A stretch of 64,000 nucleotides of DNA, taken from NCBI GenBank assembly GCA_964270895.1, contig OZ185439.1; one strand, written 5' to 3'. This document shows, one piece after another, positions 1 through 11,768 of this stretch (the first letter of the stretch is position 1; every line of letters starts with the position of its first letter). The DNA is from Podarcis filfolensis. Lineage: Eukaryota. The translations under genes were made by a program, and so were the position numbers. The notes beneath the pieces are model-generated. The model worked only from the letters and a program-made list of their open reading frames with translations. It had not been told where the DNA came from and searched no databases.

Positions 1-213
1 TAAGTCTGTTACTCTGTTACATTCTAGGCAGAGGGGATAAATACTGTTCCCCCCCCCCTACACTATGGTAAACTTCAATCAAAAGACCTAGATCTAACTG
101 TAGCTACTAGTGCTATCTTACCTACATTTGTGAATTTTATATCTGTTAAATTTCTGGCTTCACTGCAACTTAAGACTAACAATGAGATTCTTTATATCTT
201 TTCTTCCTTATAG

Positions 214-314
214 TGAAAAAGTTTGCTCATGAGCAAGTGCTACCATTGGTACAGAAAATGGATGCTGATGCAAAAATGGATGATTCTATTGTACAAGGGC
301 TATTTGAACAAGGG
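214..314 (+). CDS. ACADSB: ACADSB coding exon (equivalent to human exon 3, 101 nt)
   Basis: TAG|TG acceptor at 211-213, GT donor at 315; encodes [33 protein letters not shown], acyl-CoA dehydrogenase N-terminal helices; length matches the known ACADSB exon. Confidence 0.95.
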
Positions 315-1123
315 GTTTGTACATATTTTGGTGTTTTTAATGCAGTATGTAGCTTCTTCCCTTTGCACACTGAGTACTGTACGTATACATTTATAACACA
401 ATAAGCAAAAGGATGGATGATATAATTGAAAGATGGTCACAGGGCTGACTGCTAGCTTTCATTCTGTTTTTCTGTAAATATTTGTAGCTTTTCTTCTTCT
501 TAGCAGATAGAAAATTTATGCAGTTGTTTCATTGGAGGTAGATTTAAGGGGAAAACATTTGGTGACTAAGGTTACTTCCTGACCCCACTTACATGGGAGC
601 AAGCCCAAATGAATTCAGAAGGAGTTGCTTTTGAGTGGACATGGCTAGGATTGCACTTTGGGCATTTTGATTACCCTTTAGTTAAATAAGAGGCACAAGT
701 AACAATAATGTTTTAGTATTATGCCACTCTGATTCTAAAATTTGCTGTTTCAGGAGTACAACAGCACAAAGAAATCTGTAGGATCACAGTATTGGATCTC
801 AAACATGAGTGTGCTGATAGCCAAATCTTGTGAACATTTCCTTAGAGTTCAGTGGGAGGCTGTGATTATAGGAGGGTACACATGAAAATTCCTTTCGGAA
901 TCAATGAGTGGTATTCAACTAAATTTTACTCAGAGTAGACCCATTGAAACTAATTGAAATGAGTCATGTTGTTTAAAATTCATTGGGCCTTTTCTGGGTG
1001 AACTTGGTAGAATACCACCCAATAGCTCTTTTTTCTAGCAAAGATTATGGAAGTTGAGTAGAAATCAGAATTCATAAGGTTTCTCCACCCACTCCTAACA
1101 ATAGCTTGTTCTTTCTTTTTCAG

Positions 1124-1330
1124 TTGATGGGTATTGATCTTGATCCCAAATATGGAGGAACTGGATTTTCTTTTTTTTCCACTATTCTGGTGGTTGAGGA
1201 GTTGGCCAAGGTTGATCCATCAGTATCGCTTATGTGTGAACTCCAGAATACCTTAACCAATAAATTGTTTACGACGTATGGCACAGAAGAACAAAAGCAA
1301 ACCTATTTGCCTAGACTGGCAAAAGACATG
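1124..1330 (+). CDS. ACADSB: ACADSB coding exon (exon 4, 207 nt)
   Basis: Polypyrimidine tract + CAG, donor GTAGGT; [14 protein letters not shown]...[21 protein letters not shown]...[18 protein letters not shown]. Confidence 0.96.
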
Positions 1331-1852
1331 GTAGGTGAAGTATATTGGCACATAAGTTAAATATGCATTTGCAGAATTTCCACCTTAAGGAACGAACTGC
1401 AGAAACCTATGTAGATTTATTTAGAAGTAAGTTCCACCAATTTATTGAAGCTTACTCTCAAGTAAGTGTGCATAGGACTGCAGCCTAAGAGCTCCATCCA
1501 CAGCCTAGCCCTAGTTATACTAAACCAGTTGAGTTTAGGCATATTTGTGTCTCATTGACTCCTGTGAGTCTTCGGTTGGGTAAAAGAGATGTTTACAGCC
1601 AAATCATTCAAAGTTTTTGGAGTTAAACTGTTTATTTTCATCACCCTTAAAGAGGCCACTAAACTGGCCTGTGGCAGAGCTTTTTGTATATTTCTCATTG
1701 CCAATCCACAGCATAACAGTGTTCCTGTTATTGCAGCAGCTGTTCCCCCTTTCCTCCATAGCACTGCTGTACAACAGTAGACGTGTGACTTTGTTCAGGA
1801 TGAATGAGAATGTGGCATTCTGGGAAACTGTTTGCTCTGATTGAAACAATAA

Positions 1853-2068
1853 GTAGTGTGGTGTAGTGGTTAAGAGCGGTAGATTCGTAATCTGGTGAAC
1901 AGGGTTCGCGTCTCCGCTCCTCTACATGCAGCTGCTGGGTGACCCTGAGCCAGTCACACTTCTCCGAAGTCTCTCAGCCTCACTCACCTCACAGAGTGTT
2001 TGTTGTGGGGGAGGAATGGAAAGGAGAATGTTAGCCGCTTTGAGACTCCTTCGGGTAGTGATAAAGTG
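1853..2068 (+). mobile_element. tRNA-derived SINE (Squam3/MIR-related), cut by an assembly gap
   Basis: A box TAGTGGTTAAGAGC, B-box-like GGTTCGCGTCTCC, body ending CCGCTTTGAGACTCC...GATAAAG. Confidence 0.7.
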
Positions 2069-2208
2069 NNNNNNNNNNNNNNNNNNNNNNNNNNNNNNNN
2101 NNNNNNNNNNNNNNNNNNNNNNNNNNNNNNNNNNNNNNNNNNNNNNNNNNNNNNNNNNNNNNNNNNNNNNNNNNNNNNNNNNNNNNNNNNNNNNNNNNNN
2201 NNNNNNNN
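2069..2208. other. Assembly gap (140 N)
   Basis: Run of N. Confidence 1.
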
Positions 2209-2423
2209 CCAAGAAAGCGTTGAGTGTTTTTTCAATTGGAGTGGTGCGAAAATGTTTGAGAGACTATATTGTGTAAATACTTGGATTTACTTGTCTTGTG
2301 GATTAAATATGCCACTGGTTGAAAAATAATCCTTTCTTACTTGATTACCTTGCTGCACCTATGTTCTCAAAATGTTTGCAGAGTGAATATATCTAGTGAC
2401 TTGACTTTATTTTAAAATGATAG

Positions 2424-2594
2424 ATGGGCAGCTTCTGCCTCTCAGAGCCTGGTTCTGGCAGCGATGCGTTTTCCTTGAAGACTCGTGCTGAAAAGAAGGG
2501 GGACTACTATATCATCAGTGGGTCAAAGATGTGGATTAGCTTTGCTGAGCATGCAGGAGTGTTTTTGGTGATGGCAAATGCCAACCCTTCCGCA
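2424..2594 (+). CDS. ACADSB: ACADSB coding exon (exon 5, 171 nt)
   Basis: TAG acceptor, GTAAGT donor; [15 protein letters not shown]...[12 protein letters not shown]-binding motifs of the ACAD family. Confidence 0.96.
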
Positions 2595-3051
2595 GTAAGT
2601 AGCTAAAACAGTTATCACTTGATCTTACTAATTAATTACAAGGTATAAACTAGACTTGTACCTTGCTTATACTGGCAGTCTTCCTTTTTCTTCCTGTATC
2701 CTCAATTTATGGAATTTCTGCTGCTGCTTTGGAAATTTGCTAAAAACAGCAGAAGAGCAGAGTTAGGAACCTTGATCTCTCTTTCTCTCTCTTTGCCCCC
2801 CAATCCCTCCTGCCTGTCCTGGTGTTTTTCTTATCCTATTTGCATCTGAGAAGCCCTGTCTGGAGTATCCATACTAGTGAGTAAAAAGGTAAAGGTGCGG
2901 GTGGCCCTGTGGTCTAAACCACTGAGTCTCTTGGGCAGTCAGGATGCAGTCAGACAAAGAAAGGTGATTACACAGGTGTTGTACAGTTTGGTGCTGTTCA
3001 TTATTAGGCACTGTATTGCACAACCAGCAATCCAGAACATTTATTTATATA

Positions 3052-3293
3052 CAGTGGTACCTTGGTACTCGAACAGCTTGGCTCCCGAACAAATTGGCTC
3101 TCGAACGCCGCAAACCCAGAAGTAAGCGTTCTGATTTGCAAACGTTTTTCGGATGCTGAACGTCTGATGCGGCTTCTGCTTGAGTCCAGGAAGTTCCTGC
3201 AGCCAATCAGAAACTGCGCCTTGTTTTTTGAACAGTTTCGAGAGTCGAACGGACTCCTGGAACGGATTAAGTTCGACAACCAAGGTACCACTG
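3052..3293. mobile_element. Tc1/mariner (Tigger/pogo-like) MITE
   Basis: TIRs CAGTGGTACCTTGG...CCAAGGTACCACTG; TA on the left, CA on the right. Confidence 0.85.
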
Positions 3294-3589
3294 CAGTCAG
3301 TTTCACAGTTAAAAGCGTTTACAATAAAAACAAATCCATGTATAAAACTAAATCTATATATAGAAATAATTTCAGATCTAATACAGACACAGATTGGGAT
3401 AAAGATCTTCACTTAAATGGCATATTGAAAAGGAAAGACTGGGCAGCCTTGGCAGGAATCCAACCCCAAGCTAGAAGGGTGAATTCTGGTTTCTTGCAGC
3501 TTCTCGTTTTTCCAATATTAAGTTGGGTTCTCCACAGTTCTACATAAGTTTCCTAATTCTTTTTTAAAGGTACTCACAAACATGTGCTA

Positions 3590-3835
3590 GTATTTTATTT
3601 CATTACACCCTTTTTTGTATGGAACGCTGCCTAATATAATGAGTTTTGTGTTCAATTTTTTTTTTACTGATATATGCATTTTCATGCAATTTTAACCTTA
3701 CATTACTTGGTTGGAAAACTGCCCTGCAAAAATCAGAGAAGTGCAGATTTCAAAGGATTGCTGCATTTTCAGAATGTGTGAATTAGGTATATCTGCTTTT
3801 AATGTGAACTGAATCGAATTTCCACCCCATCCTTA
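3590..3835 (-). repeat. Unclassified squamate interspersed repeat, reverse-orientation relative of 34485-34877
   Basis: Recognisable reverse-complement similarity to the copy at 34.5 kb; boundaries approximate. Confidence 0.5.
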
Positions 3836-3876
3836 TTATCAGCACAGTTAATTTTCCGTATGTCTTTCCTTCCTAG

Positions 3877-4002
3877 GGCTATAAAGGAATTACCTGTTTC
3901 ATAGTAGACCGTAATACAGAGGGCCTACACGTAGGAAAGAAGGAGGATAAACTGGGAATCAGAGCCACATCTACATGTCCTGTAACATTTGAAAATGTGA
4001 AG
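3877..4002 (+). CDS. ACADSB: ACADSB coding exon (exon 6, 126 nt)
   Basis: TTCCTTCCTAG acceptor, GTGCAG donor; [42 protein letters not shown] (too short for the ORF track). Confidence 0.95.
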
Positions 4003-4483
4003 GTGCAGTAGTCCTTTTAAAGCTGTGGAATTTGGCTAAGTCGTTGCAATACTGTACTCAGTACTAACAGCTGAGTGGGATGCAGTTGCATAAATTAGCT
4101 TGAGTTTGGAAGGTGAATGGTGCATTACTCACAGGAGGTTGGCTTAAAAAAAAAGACTTTTAGAAATATAGCAAATTTAGATTTGAATCATACACAAACG
4201 CAGTCTGTTGTCAACCAAAAGCCATACAGTAGTTTGCCTTTTTATGTTCCTCATAACTGAATGTAAAATACACATTTGGCTCTGCAGTTGTATGGAAGCA
4301 GCACAGTGAGGTTGCTGGTTTTCAAGTCGTATTGTGGTTTGTTGCTTTGTCTGTGTGCGTTTTCGTAAACCTCTTTGGCAAGCATTATATGTTCGAAAGG
4401 TGGTCTATATTTTTTAAATAAATAAATGTGGAGATGGAAGTAAAGGGCTACTAGCAATTAATCGATTTTGCTTAATTCCTCAG

Positions 4484-4576
4484 GTTCCTGTGACCAGCGT
4501 GCTTGGGCAGGTTGGGCAGGGCTATAAGTACGCCATTGGAATGCTCAATACGGGAAGAATAGGAATAGCTGCACAG
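4484..4576 (+). CDS. ACADSB: ACADSB coding exon (exon 7, 93 nt)
   Basis: CAG acceptor, GTAAGT donor; [31 protein letters not shown]. Confidence 0.95.
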
Positions 4577-5022
4577 GTAAGTATCGCTATAATTACTTAG
4601 GTCCAGTGCAGACCTAACACAGAGTGTATACAGTTTTGATTGCCCCCCACCAGTCCTGATCTCAAAAAGGATGTTGCAGAATTGTAACAAAAGCCCTTTT
4701 AAGTGTCATCAAGTTACAGTTACCTGAATCAGGAGAGCCACCACTGTCCAGACACTGTGGCTGAAGGTGTGTATACTTAAAATCCATGACTCCCTCCCCC
4801 CCATTATATGATTTGCAACAGGGCTGGGCCCTTGAGAATGTGGCAGAGAACGTGGGGCCACACGCTTCCCCTTCACCCAGCTGTAATCATGTGAGGGGTT
4901 GAAAGCCTGAATATGGCTGAAGAGTCTTCCGCAACTGTAGTTAAAGAGATTAGGAGCTGGCTGCTGGATTGCATAATTCCCTACCTACACGCTCCCAGTC
5001 TTTCCTTTCTCTTGGAGAAATA

Positions 5023-5240
5023 CAGTGGTACCTCAGGTTACAGACACTTCAGGTTACAGACTCTGCTAACCCAGAAATAGTACCTCGGGTTAAGAACTTT
5101 GCTTCAGGATGAGAACAGAAATCACGCAGCAGCAGCAGCGGGAGGCCTCATTAGCTAAAGTGGTACTTCAGGTTAAGAACAGTTTCAGGCTAAGAACGGA
5201 CCTCCAGAACGAATTAAGTACGTAACCCGAGGTACCACTG
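5023..5240 (+). mobile_element. Tc1/mariner MITE (GGGTTAAGAAC subfamily)
   Basis: TIRs CAGTGGTACCTC...GAGGTACCACTG, TA target duplication on both sides. Confidence 0.9.
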
Positions 5241-6090
5241 TAAAGTGCACCACAACACGGCTTAACATTCTTTAAGCACATAGGCTCGGACCCAACAATT
5301 ATTGGGCATGCCCAGTGGGATGCCTTTTTTTTCTTTGAACAAGAGGTTTCCATGCGATACCGCAAGCTGCTTTTGAATAGCCCCTTGGGTTTCAGAAATG
5401 CTTTGTAATGAGGGCTGCTCTTCTATGTGTCCTTGGGCACATGGAAGTAGTTGTATAGTTCTTTGAATTTTAGCCACAGTGACTAGGTTTCAGTCTCCTT
5501 CTTTAGAAGCCTCCCTTCGCCACTCACACCAAGAGTATCTTAACGAAATACTATGTACCAACATCTTGAAGTAAAGAGAGATGTCATGAGCAAAAACCCA
5601 GGTTTCCTTCTTCTCCCCGCCCCCATTAAAAACCTGGTTTTAATTTAGAATTTAATCAACATATTATGGGGAAAAAACCACCCTGAGCTATTAAGTTTAG
5701 GAGAACAGTATTAATAAGTAAGTAACCTTATCAAGGCATTACACATTAATGTTGTTAGATTATCACTTTCCATATTAAGCAGTGAAATGGACTGCTGGCG
5801 ACTGACTAGGTATTATTACGCTGTGTGATGGGGCATTGCAAATTAAATGAGTAAAATGAAAGTGACAGTGAGATGCTCTTAGAAATACCCGACTTCTAGC
5901 TTCTTTCACTGCCTTTTGAATTCTGCATATAACTAAGTTTGCTGGGGGGTTTTTAGTCTTTCTGGAATACAAAATCTCTCCAATCACTCCTGGCAATTGT
6001 CACAAAGCTTGTCTTGCCCTTTTAAAGAGGACTGTGACACTTTTCTAACCACATTAGTAACATTTGCTTTTTGTTGTTGTTCATTCACAG

Positions 6091-6180
6091 ATGTTGGGAT
6101 TAGCACAAGGATGTTTTGACCACACCATCCCATATACAAAGGAGAGGTCCCAATTTGGAAAAAGCACATTTGATTTTCAG
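6091..6180 (+). CDS. ACADSB: ACADSB coding exon (exon 8, 90 nt)
   Basis: CAG acceptor, GTAGCG donor; [30 protein letters not shown]. Confidence 0.95.
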
Positions 6181-6820
6181 GTAGCGATGAATGCATTCTG
6201 TAAAATGGGTCTAAAAACAAAAAGAAAAAAAGAAATGCTTATCACAGCTAATATTTTGTAGGCCACGGTATTATAACTTCTTAACCACTGCCACATTTTG
6301 TTTGAAGGATTACCTGTCAGTAGTAAATGTGAAGAAAACATTTTAAGTAGTAATACCTTTCTGACTATCGGTGTGGCAGAACTTTCTATAACTTGAGTGA
6401 GAACTCGTTCAGCTATGAGTTTTTACACAGTTCTACCATGATGCAGTTATATCTTGCATCATGGTAGAATTGTTTAAAAGTTCATTTGTAATTTGTCATT
6501 CAAGCTACAATTTGGTTAACTACTGTAATATTTGCATTACTATATTTCACTGTAGTTGCCATAGGATGTGTTTATAAAACGGTAATTATAGTAATGATTT
6601 CCCCTTGCTTTTTTGGTTGTTTTTGGCTTGGTCTTTTGGCACTTTAGACTTCATTCCTTACTTGGAAATGAATACAGTTCTATTTACACTTGAGTAAACA
6701 AATAATTGCTATATCGGCCACTCATAGGATCAGGAACTGAGCATTCTATCTGGCAGCTGGGGAAGGGAAGATGATTTTCTCTTGCAAGTTTAGTTTTACA
6801 TGGAACTTGTTTCTTTCAAG

Positions 6821-6958
6821 GGAATGCAACATCAGATTGCGCGAGTGGCTGTACAGATAGAAGCTGCAAGATTGTTAACCTACAATGCAGCTCGACTTGC
6901 AGAAAGCGGAAGGCCATTCATAAAAGAGTCAAGCATGGCCAAGTATTATGCAGCAGAG
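6821..6958 (+). CDS. ACADSB: ACADSB coding exon (exon 9, 138 nt)
   Basis: TTTCAAG acceptor, GTAAGC donor; [46 protein letters not shown]. Confidence 0.95.
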
Positions 6959-7302
6959 GTAAGCTGTATTTGAGGTTTTCTTTTTTGCCTTTTCTTTTTA
7001 AATGAAACATAAGTGAAGTGCGGCTTTATATTATTACAGATAGCTTATCCTGAGACATCCTGAAGCAGTTTGCAATGAAAACATATATGGAACAATTCCC
7101 TATCAATACAATTAAAACATTTGCCTATATAAAACAACCATATACACAAAATGAATGAAACAAGAACATGAACATGAATAAAACAAGAAAATCACCCATT
7201 AAAAACAGCATTTAAACATTTTTAAAATGATTAAAATCAGCAATAAGCCAAATACCGGATTAAAACATTCTACGTGTCTGAGTAGGCTTGACAAACAGAG
7301 TA

Positions 7303-7528
7303 CAGTGGTACCTTGGGTTACATACGCTTCAGGTTACAGACTCCGCTAACCCAGAAATATTACCTCGGGTTAAGAACTTTGCTTCAGGATGAGAACAGAA
7401 ATCGTGCTCCGGCAGCGCGGTGGCAGCAGGAGGCCCCATTAGCTAAAGTGGTGCTTCAGGTTAAGAACAGTTTCAGGTTAAGAACGGACCTCCAGAACGA
7501 ATTAAGTACTTAACCCGAGGTACCACTG
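7303..7528 (+). mobile_element. Tc1/mariner MITE, same subfamily, within an old L2-like tail
   Basis: TIRs, TA TSD on both sides, near-identical to 5023-5240. Confidence 0.9.
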
Positions 7529-7633
7529 TACAGTGAAGGCACCAACCTGATGTCAGTATTCTCACGGTCAGGATAGTATTGTATTGATTTGAATTGAGCA
7601 AAAGTCACAGCATGCTTCATGTGTTTTTTGCAG

Positions 7634-7733
7634 GTTGCTACTCTAACAACAAGTAAATGTATTGAATGGATGGGCGGAGTTGGCTTCACAAAAGATTATC
7701 CTATTGAAAAATATTACAGGGATTGCAAGATTG
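7634..7733 (+). CDS. ACADSB: ACADSB coding exon (exon 10, 100 nt)
   Basis: TTTTTTGCAG acceptor, GTAAGT donor; [37 protein letters not shown] signature 2 region. Confidence 0.96.
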
Positions 7734-8841
7734 GTAAGTAGCAGTTTCTTATAGATCATCTGTTGAAAATGAAAACGTAGCATTTTTATCCACTTTGAGT
7801 TTGAATGATCAGAAAGTTATCAACAAAACGCATTTGCCATTCTCCATCTCCTGATATGGATACTGAGTGGCAAGTCTATAAGAATCTGGAAGTCTGATTG
7901 TTTGTCAAGTTTTGATCTACAATCTTAGCCACACCAGGTTCCTGACACTCTTCACTGTCCCAGCTACCTGCAGGCAAACAGATTAGATACCTTAGTTTGT
8001 TCGTTACCCAGAATGTAGATCTGATAGTCTCTTCGCATACAGCTGCATAGGCAAATCCATGCTACCTGCCCCACCATGCGGCTATATTATTCGCTTCCAA
8101 TCCTTAGCTGCTCAGAATTGCATGACTGTAAAGCAGGCCCCATGCCTCTGGGTGTGGAAGATATAGGGACTAATTTCTGTTAGGAAATGCATTGTTCTTT
8201 CTTCAGCAAAATTATGACCAGCCCTATCTATGTTAGACTGTACAAATCTGTGTGGATATCACAGTCTCATCACCCACTGATCTGCAGCCTGCCATAATGG
8301 ACTGTCTCCACTAAAATATGTACAAGAGAATATGAAAGCGATACCTACTTTACACATACAAGTTATAGGGTAGAATTGAACATTCATGAGTAGACTTCTG
8401 CTTGCACAACAGGACTTCTTATTCCTCCCTCCTGCAGCCTCCACGTGCCTCCCAAATCTGAATTGGAGGGACCCCCAGTCCCTCAGAGCAGTTGTGTGGG
8501 TGGCTGCAGAAAAAGGAGAGAGGAAGCAAAAGTCCTGTTCTGCAAATGGAAGCACACGGTCACCTCTGGAGTCAATCCATAACTTTTGTGAGCTTGCCCT
8601 TGCATCTTCCTTTGTAATAAAACCACACCACATTCAAAGTTTCTACTAAATTGTTTAACATACTGCACTGATCACAACAAAAAATACTCCAGCGGTAGAA
8701 CTTGAGGCTGTATTATCAGTCCTTTTTCACTCTGCATCTGTTATATAGCTTTGCCTCATATCTAATGTTTACCATAACATGCTTAAATCACTGTTTGTAT
8801 TATTGCTTCATTTATTCCCCCACCCTGATGGTTTGTTTCAG

Positions 8842-8912
8842 GTACCATATATGAAGGAACTTCAAATATCCAGCTGAACACAATCGCAAAATGCATTGCT
8901 CAAGAATACTGA
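8842..8912 (+). CDS. ACADSB: ACADSB last coding exon (exon 11, 71 nt including TGA)
   Basis: TTTCAG acceptor; TIYEGTSNIQLNTIAKCIAQEY* with the catalytic Glu of IYEG; reading frame is continuous across all nine exons. Confidence 0.96.
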
Positions 8913-9922
8913 GAATACTGAAAATCAAGAGATTTAATTACCGCTGCAGTACTGGTGTGAATCACGGGCTACTTCTTCATGTCCAATTTCTAAGACAAAA
9001 TAAGAAAAATTGTGGTAATTTTAAATATGTACAAGACTGCAGCATAAGTGACTAGACTGTTACACTTCAGTAATGTACCATAATAACTAATTTTCCCAAC
9101 TATAATGATACATGCCGTTAAAATCAACCTTCTTTTGTATCTACACGTTGGGGTAGAAATTCTATTCACACAAGTGTGATGGCCCTGATCACATGGGAGC
9201 TGTAATGAAGTTACACTAAAAAAATACCCTACAACCCATACATGTCGGTGAACTACACAAGTATCAGTGGTCGGTGCTTGAAAACATGGCCTAAATAGGA
9301 TAATAATGGACAAAATAACCCACCTCTTTGATTGATGAAGATGGAGATGAAGGAACTAAGTGATACAGGACCTTTCCTATAGGATGGTTAAAAGTTAGTA
9401 CTTCATGCTTTATCCTGAGCATCCTGTAAAAATGCATGCTGGTCTCAGAGCCAGCAATAAGTAAGACATTTGCTTCTGAATAGTCCTGTTAATTTTGGCT
9501 ATTGCAATGTGTCCAGGAGTATGTTCATTTCCATGGCACTACTCTGTCATTAATAGTATGAAGAGTATGGCCAGGAAGAATACTTGAAGGTATTTTACAT
9601 AGAACTGCTTCACTGGAACATAAAAAGGTAAGATAAGATTCTGGTGTCTGTGGCACTACAGTATCATGAAATATTGTGCAGGGTTGCAAGTGATTAAGTG
9701 AGAAAGCGGTGCTGGTTCCACTGAAGTCAATGGGGTTTTTATCAGCTTCCTTTAAACCCCTTTGTCTTTGCTGGCTTTTAGACTGCAATTTTTAATTTTT
9801 GTGCCAAAGTCACATACATGTAAAGTGTGATCACCTTGTTTCCACACCTCATTGGGTGAAACTGTTGCAGACAAGAGTACCCAAATAAGGTGATCTTGCA
9901 TTCTTTTTATTTGTGCCGAATA

Positions 9923-10155
9923 CAGTGGTACCTCGGTTTAAGAACAGTCCGGTTTAAGAATGATTTGGTTTACAAACTCCACAGATCCAGAATGTCCCGG
10001 TTTGAGAACTTTACCTCTGTCTAAGAATGGAATCCGAATGGTGGAAGGGCACTTGCAGCGGGAGGCCTCATTAGGGAAAGCATGTCTCAGTTTAAGAACG
10101 GTTTCGGTTTAAGAACGGACTTCCAAAATGGATTAAGTTTGTAAACCGAGGTACC

Positions 10156-10159
<4 letters not shown>
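9923..10159. mobile_element. Tc1/mariner MITE (GGTTTAAGAAC subfamily) in the probable ACADSB 3' UTR
   Basis: 18-bp perfect TIR CAGTGGTACCTCGGTTTA / TAAACCGAGGTACCACTG; TA on the left. Confidence 0.88.

Positions 10160-10194
<35 letters not shown>
10160..10194. repeat. (CA)n microsatellite abutting the MITE
   Basis: About 17 CA units. Confidence 0.98.
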
Positions 10195-10198
<4 letters not shown>

Positions 10199-10248
10199 CT
10201 TTCCATTCTATTAGTGGAAGAAAATGCCCATTTGAAAAGCACCCTCAT

Positions 10249-10254
10249 AATAAA
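10249..10254 (+). terminator. ACADSB: Possible proximal polyadenylation signal
   Basis: First AATAAA I found downstream of the stop codon. Confidence 0.3.
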
Positions 10255-11762
10255 TATTGCTGTTACTAATATTAGTTCATCCATCAGATTGGGTCGGGAG
10301 CAAGCATTTGGTTGTGTATGTGGGGAAGAAACATTGCTGAGTCCAAGCGGCAGAGCGCAGCTTGAGCTGCAAAAATGCTGAGGCTAAATTGTAGATCATG
10401 CATGGGGATGTTAAGGCGAATGCATTTCCTTGTATGCTCAGATCTTGTGATAGCTGCTGGGTTTAATCAGAAGTAGTGCTGGAAAAGAATAAGCAGTGTT
10501 CTGAAGTGAGCGAATGACTGGGGGAGGAAGCCTACTTTGTTGTTAGGCAATGCACACATTTTGGAAGAAGCACAACACATTAAAAGGCACACACACCCCA
10601 AAAGAAGAAACCAGAAATCCAGCAGGCACATGTTGAATTTCTTGTTGTTTCTGCCATCTTAGAAGAGGAATATCCTCTGTGTGACAGAAGATGTGATCTC
10701 TCTTTGATGATTCATTTATTTCCCACCTTTCTTTTCTGATGGAACCCAAGGCGGAGGCCATGTGGTTTCCAGGCCACCAGCCAGGCCCAGACCTACTTGG
10801 CTTCAGCAAGGTGGTGGCCTCATGTGCCTTCACTCCGCAGCCTGAGAGTGCTGCCTGTATTCTTTTTTAAATGAATGCTTGTATTTAAAAAATAATTGCA
10901 AAGATCTGCAAGTTTAATAGAGCCATCTTTTAAATTTATTAAAATGTTTCAGATGGAGTAATCTGATTGACAAAACATTGCAGCCCCAGTAATAAGTAGT
11001 AGCATTACTCTTTAAGCTGGCAGTAATTAGCTATAACATTTCTATGACAAGGTCCCCACTGTGCCTTCAATCAATCCAGCTGTATTAAAAAATATGGAAA
11101 GCTTGTCTGTGTTACATTTGAGCTACCTTTGTGGGTTAAGAATAAGTATAGCCACATAGTCCAGTTATACAATGTACAAAGCTGCTCATGAAAACTGTCC
11201 AGCTACTTGATTCAATATACTTTGCTATATACCTGTTACAGGACCTGCATTCGCCTCTTTCTTTTCTTGAGGGGCTCTGGGTCTTTTAACATCTGCATGT
11301 CAGTTAGAGATTCAGCAGGCACAACTTTCCTCATAACAACTCATGCCTGGGAAAGCTTTCTTTAAATTCTAGCTAGGAGGCAGCTTTTAAAAAGCAGAAA
11401 TCCACTTTCAGCAGGGGGGGGGGATGTTACAACCCTAACTTTGAAATAGCTTTTGCATTAAGCATCTAGCATACAAGTTTTTATCACTTTGAACTGTGTG
11501 TTTATTATATCTGCTTTGGGCTGTATGCAGCTGATCGGAATCCGATTCCTTCTAAGCCAAACATTAAGGAAAATCCTTGGTGAGTATTTCAAGTTAAAGG
11601 TACAGTTTGTATAAAGAGCATCTAAGGTGAAGTATTTTTGTACAGCACGCGTACTGCGTGCATTGTTACAAATATTTTTGTATGTCTTCTACCATGATTG
11701 TACACCCCACAAAGTGGCTATAAAAGTGATTAAATGCAAATGCATCTACTAAGTGAAAGTGG

Positions 11763-11768
11763 AATAAA
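11763..11768 (+). terminator. ACADSB: Likely distal polyadenylation signal of ACADSB (3' UTR about 2.9 kb)
   Basis: AATAAA preceded by U-rich, TGTA-containing sequence at 11630-11705 and followed by GT-rich sequence; inferred, no transcript data. Confidence 0.5.

Noticed and set aside
1853-1925. tRNA genes at Pol III box-containing heads (also 12378, 44772, 47442)
   Set aside because: Each continues into a SINE body and tail and cannot form a cloverleaf
3062-3547. 161-aa ORF in ACADSB intron 5
   Set aside because: It starts inside a MITE, runs into AT-rich intron and has no recognisable motifs or splice sites
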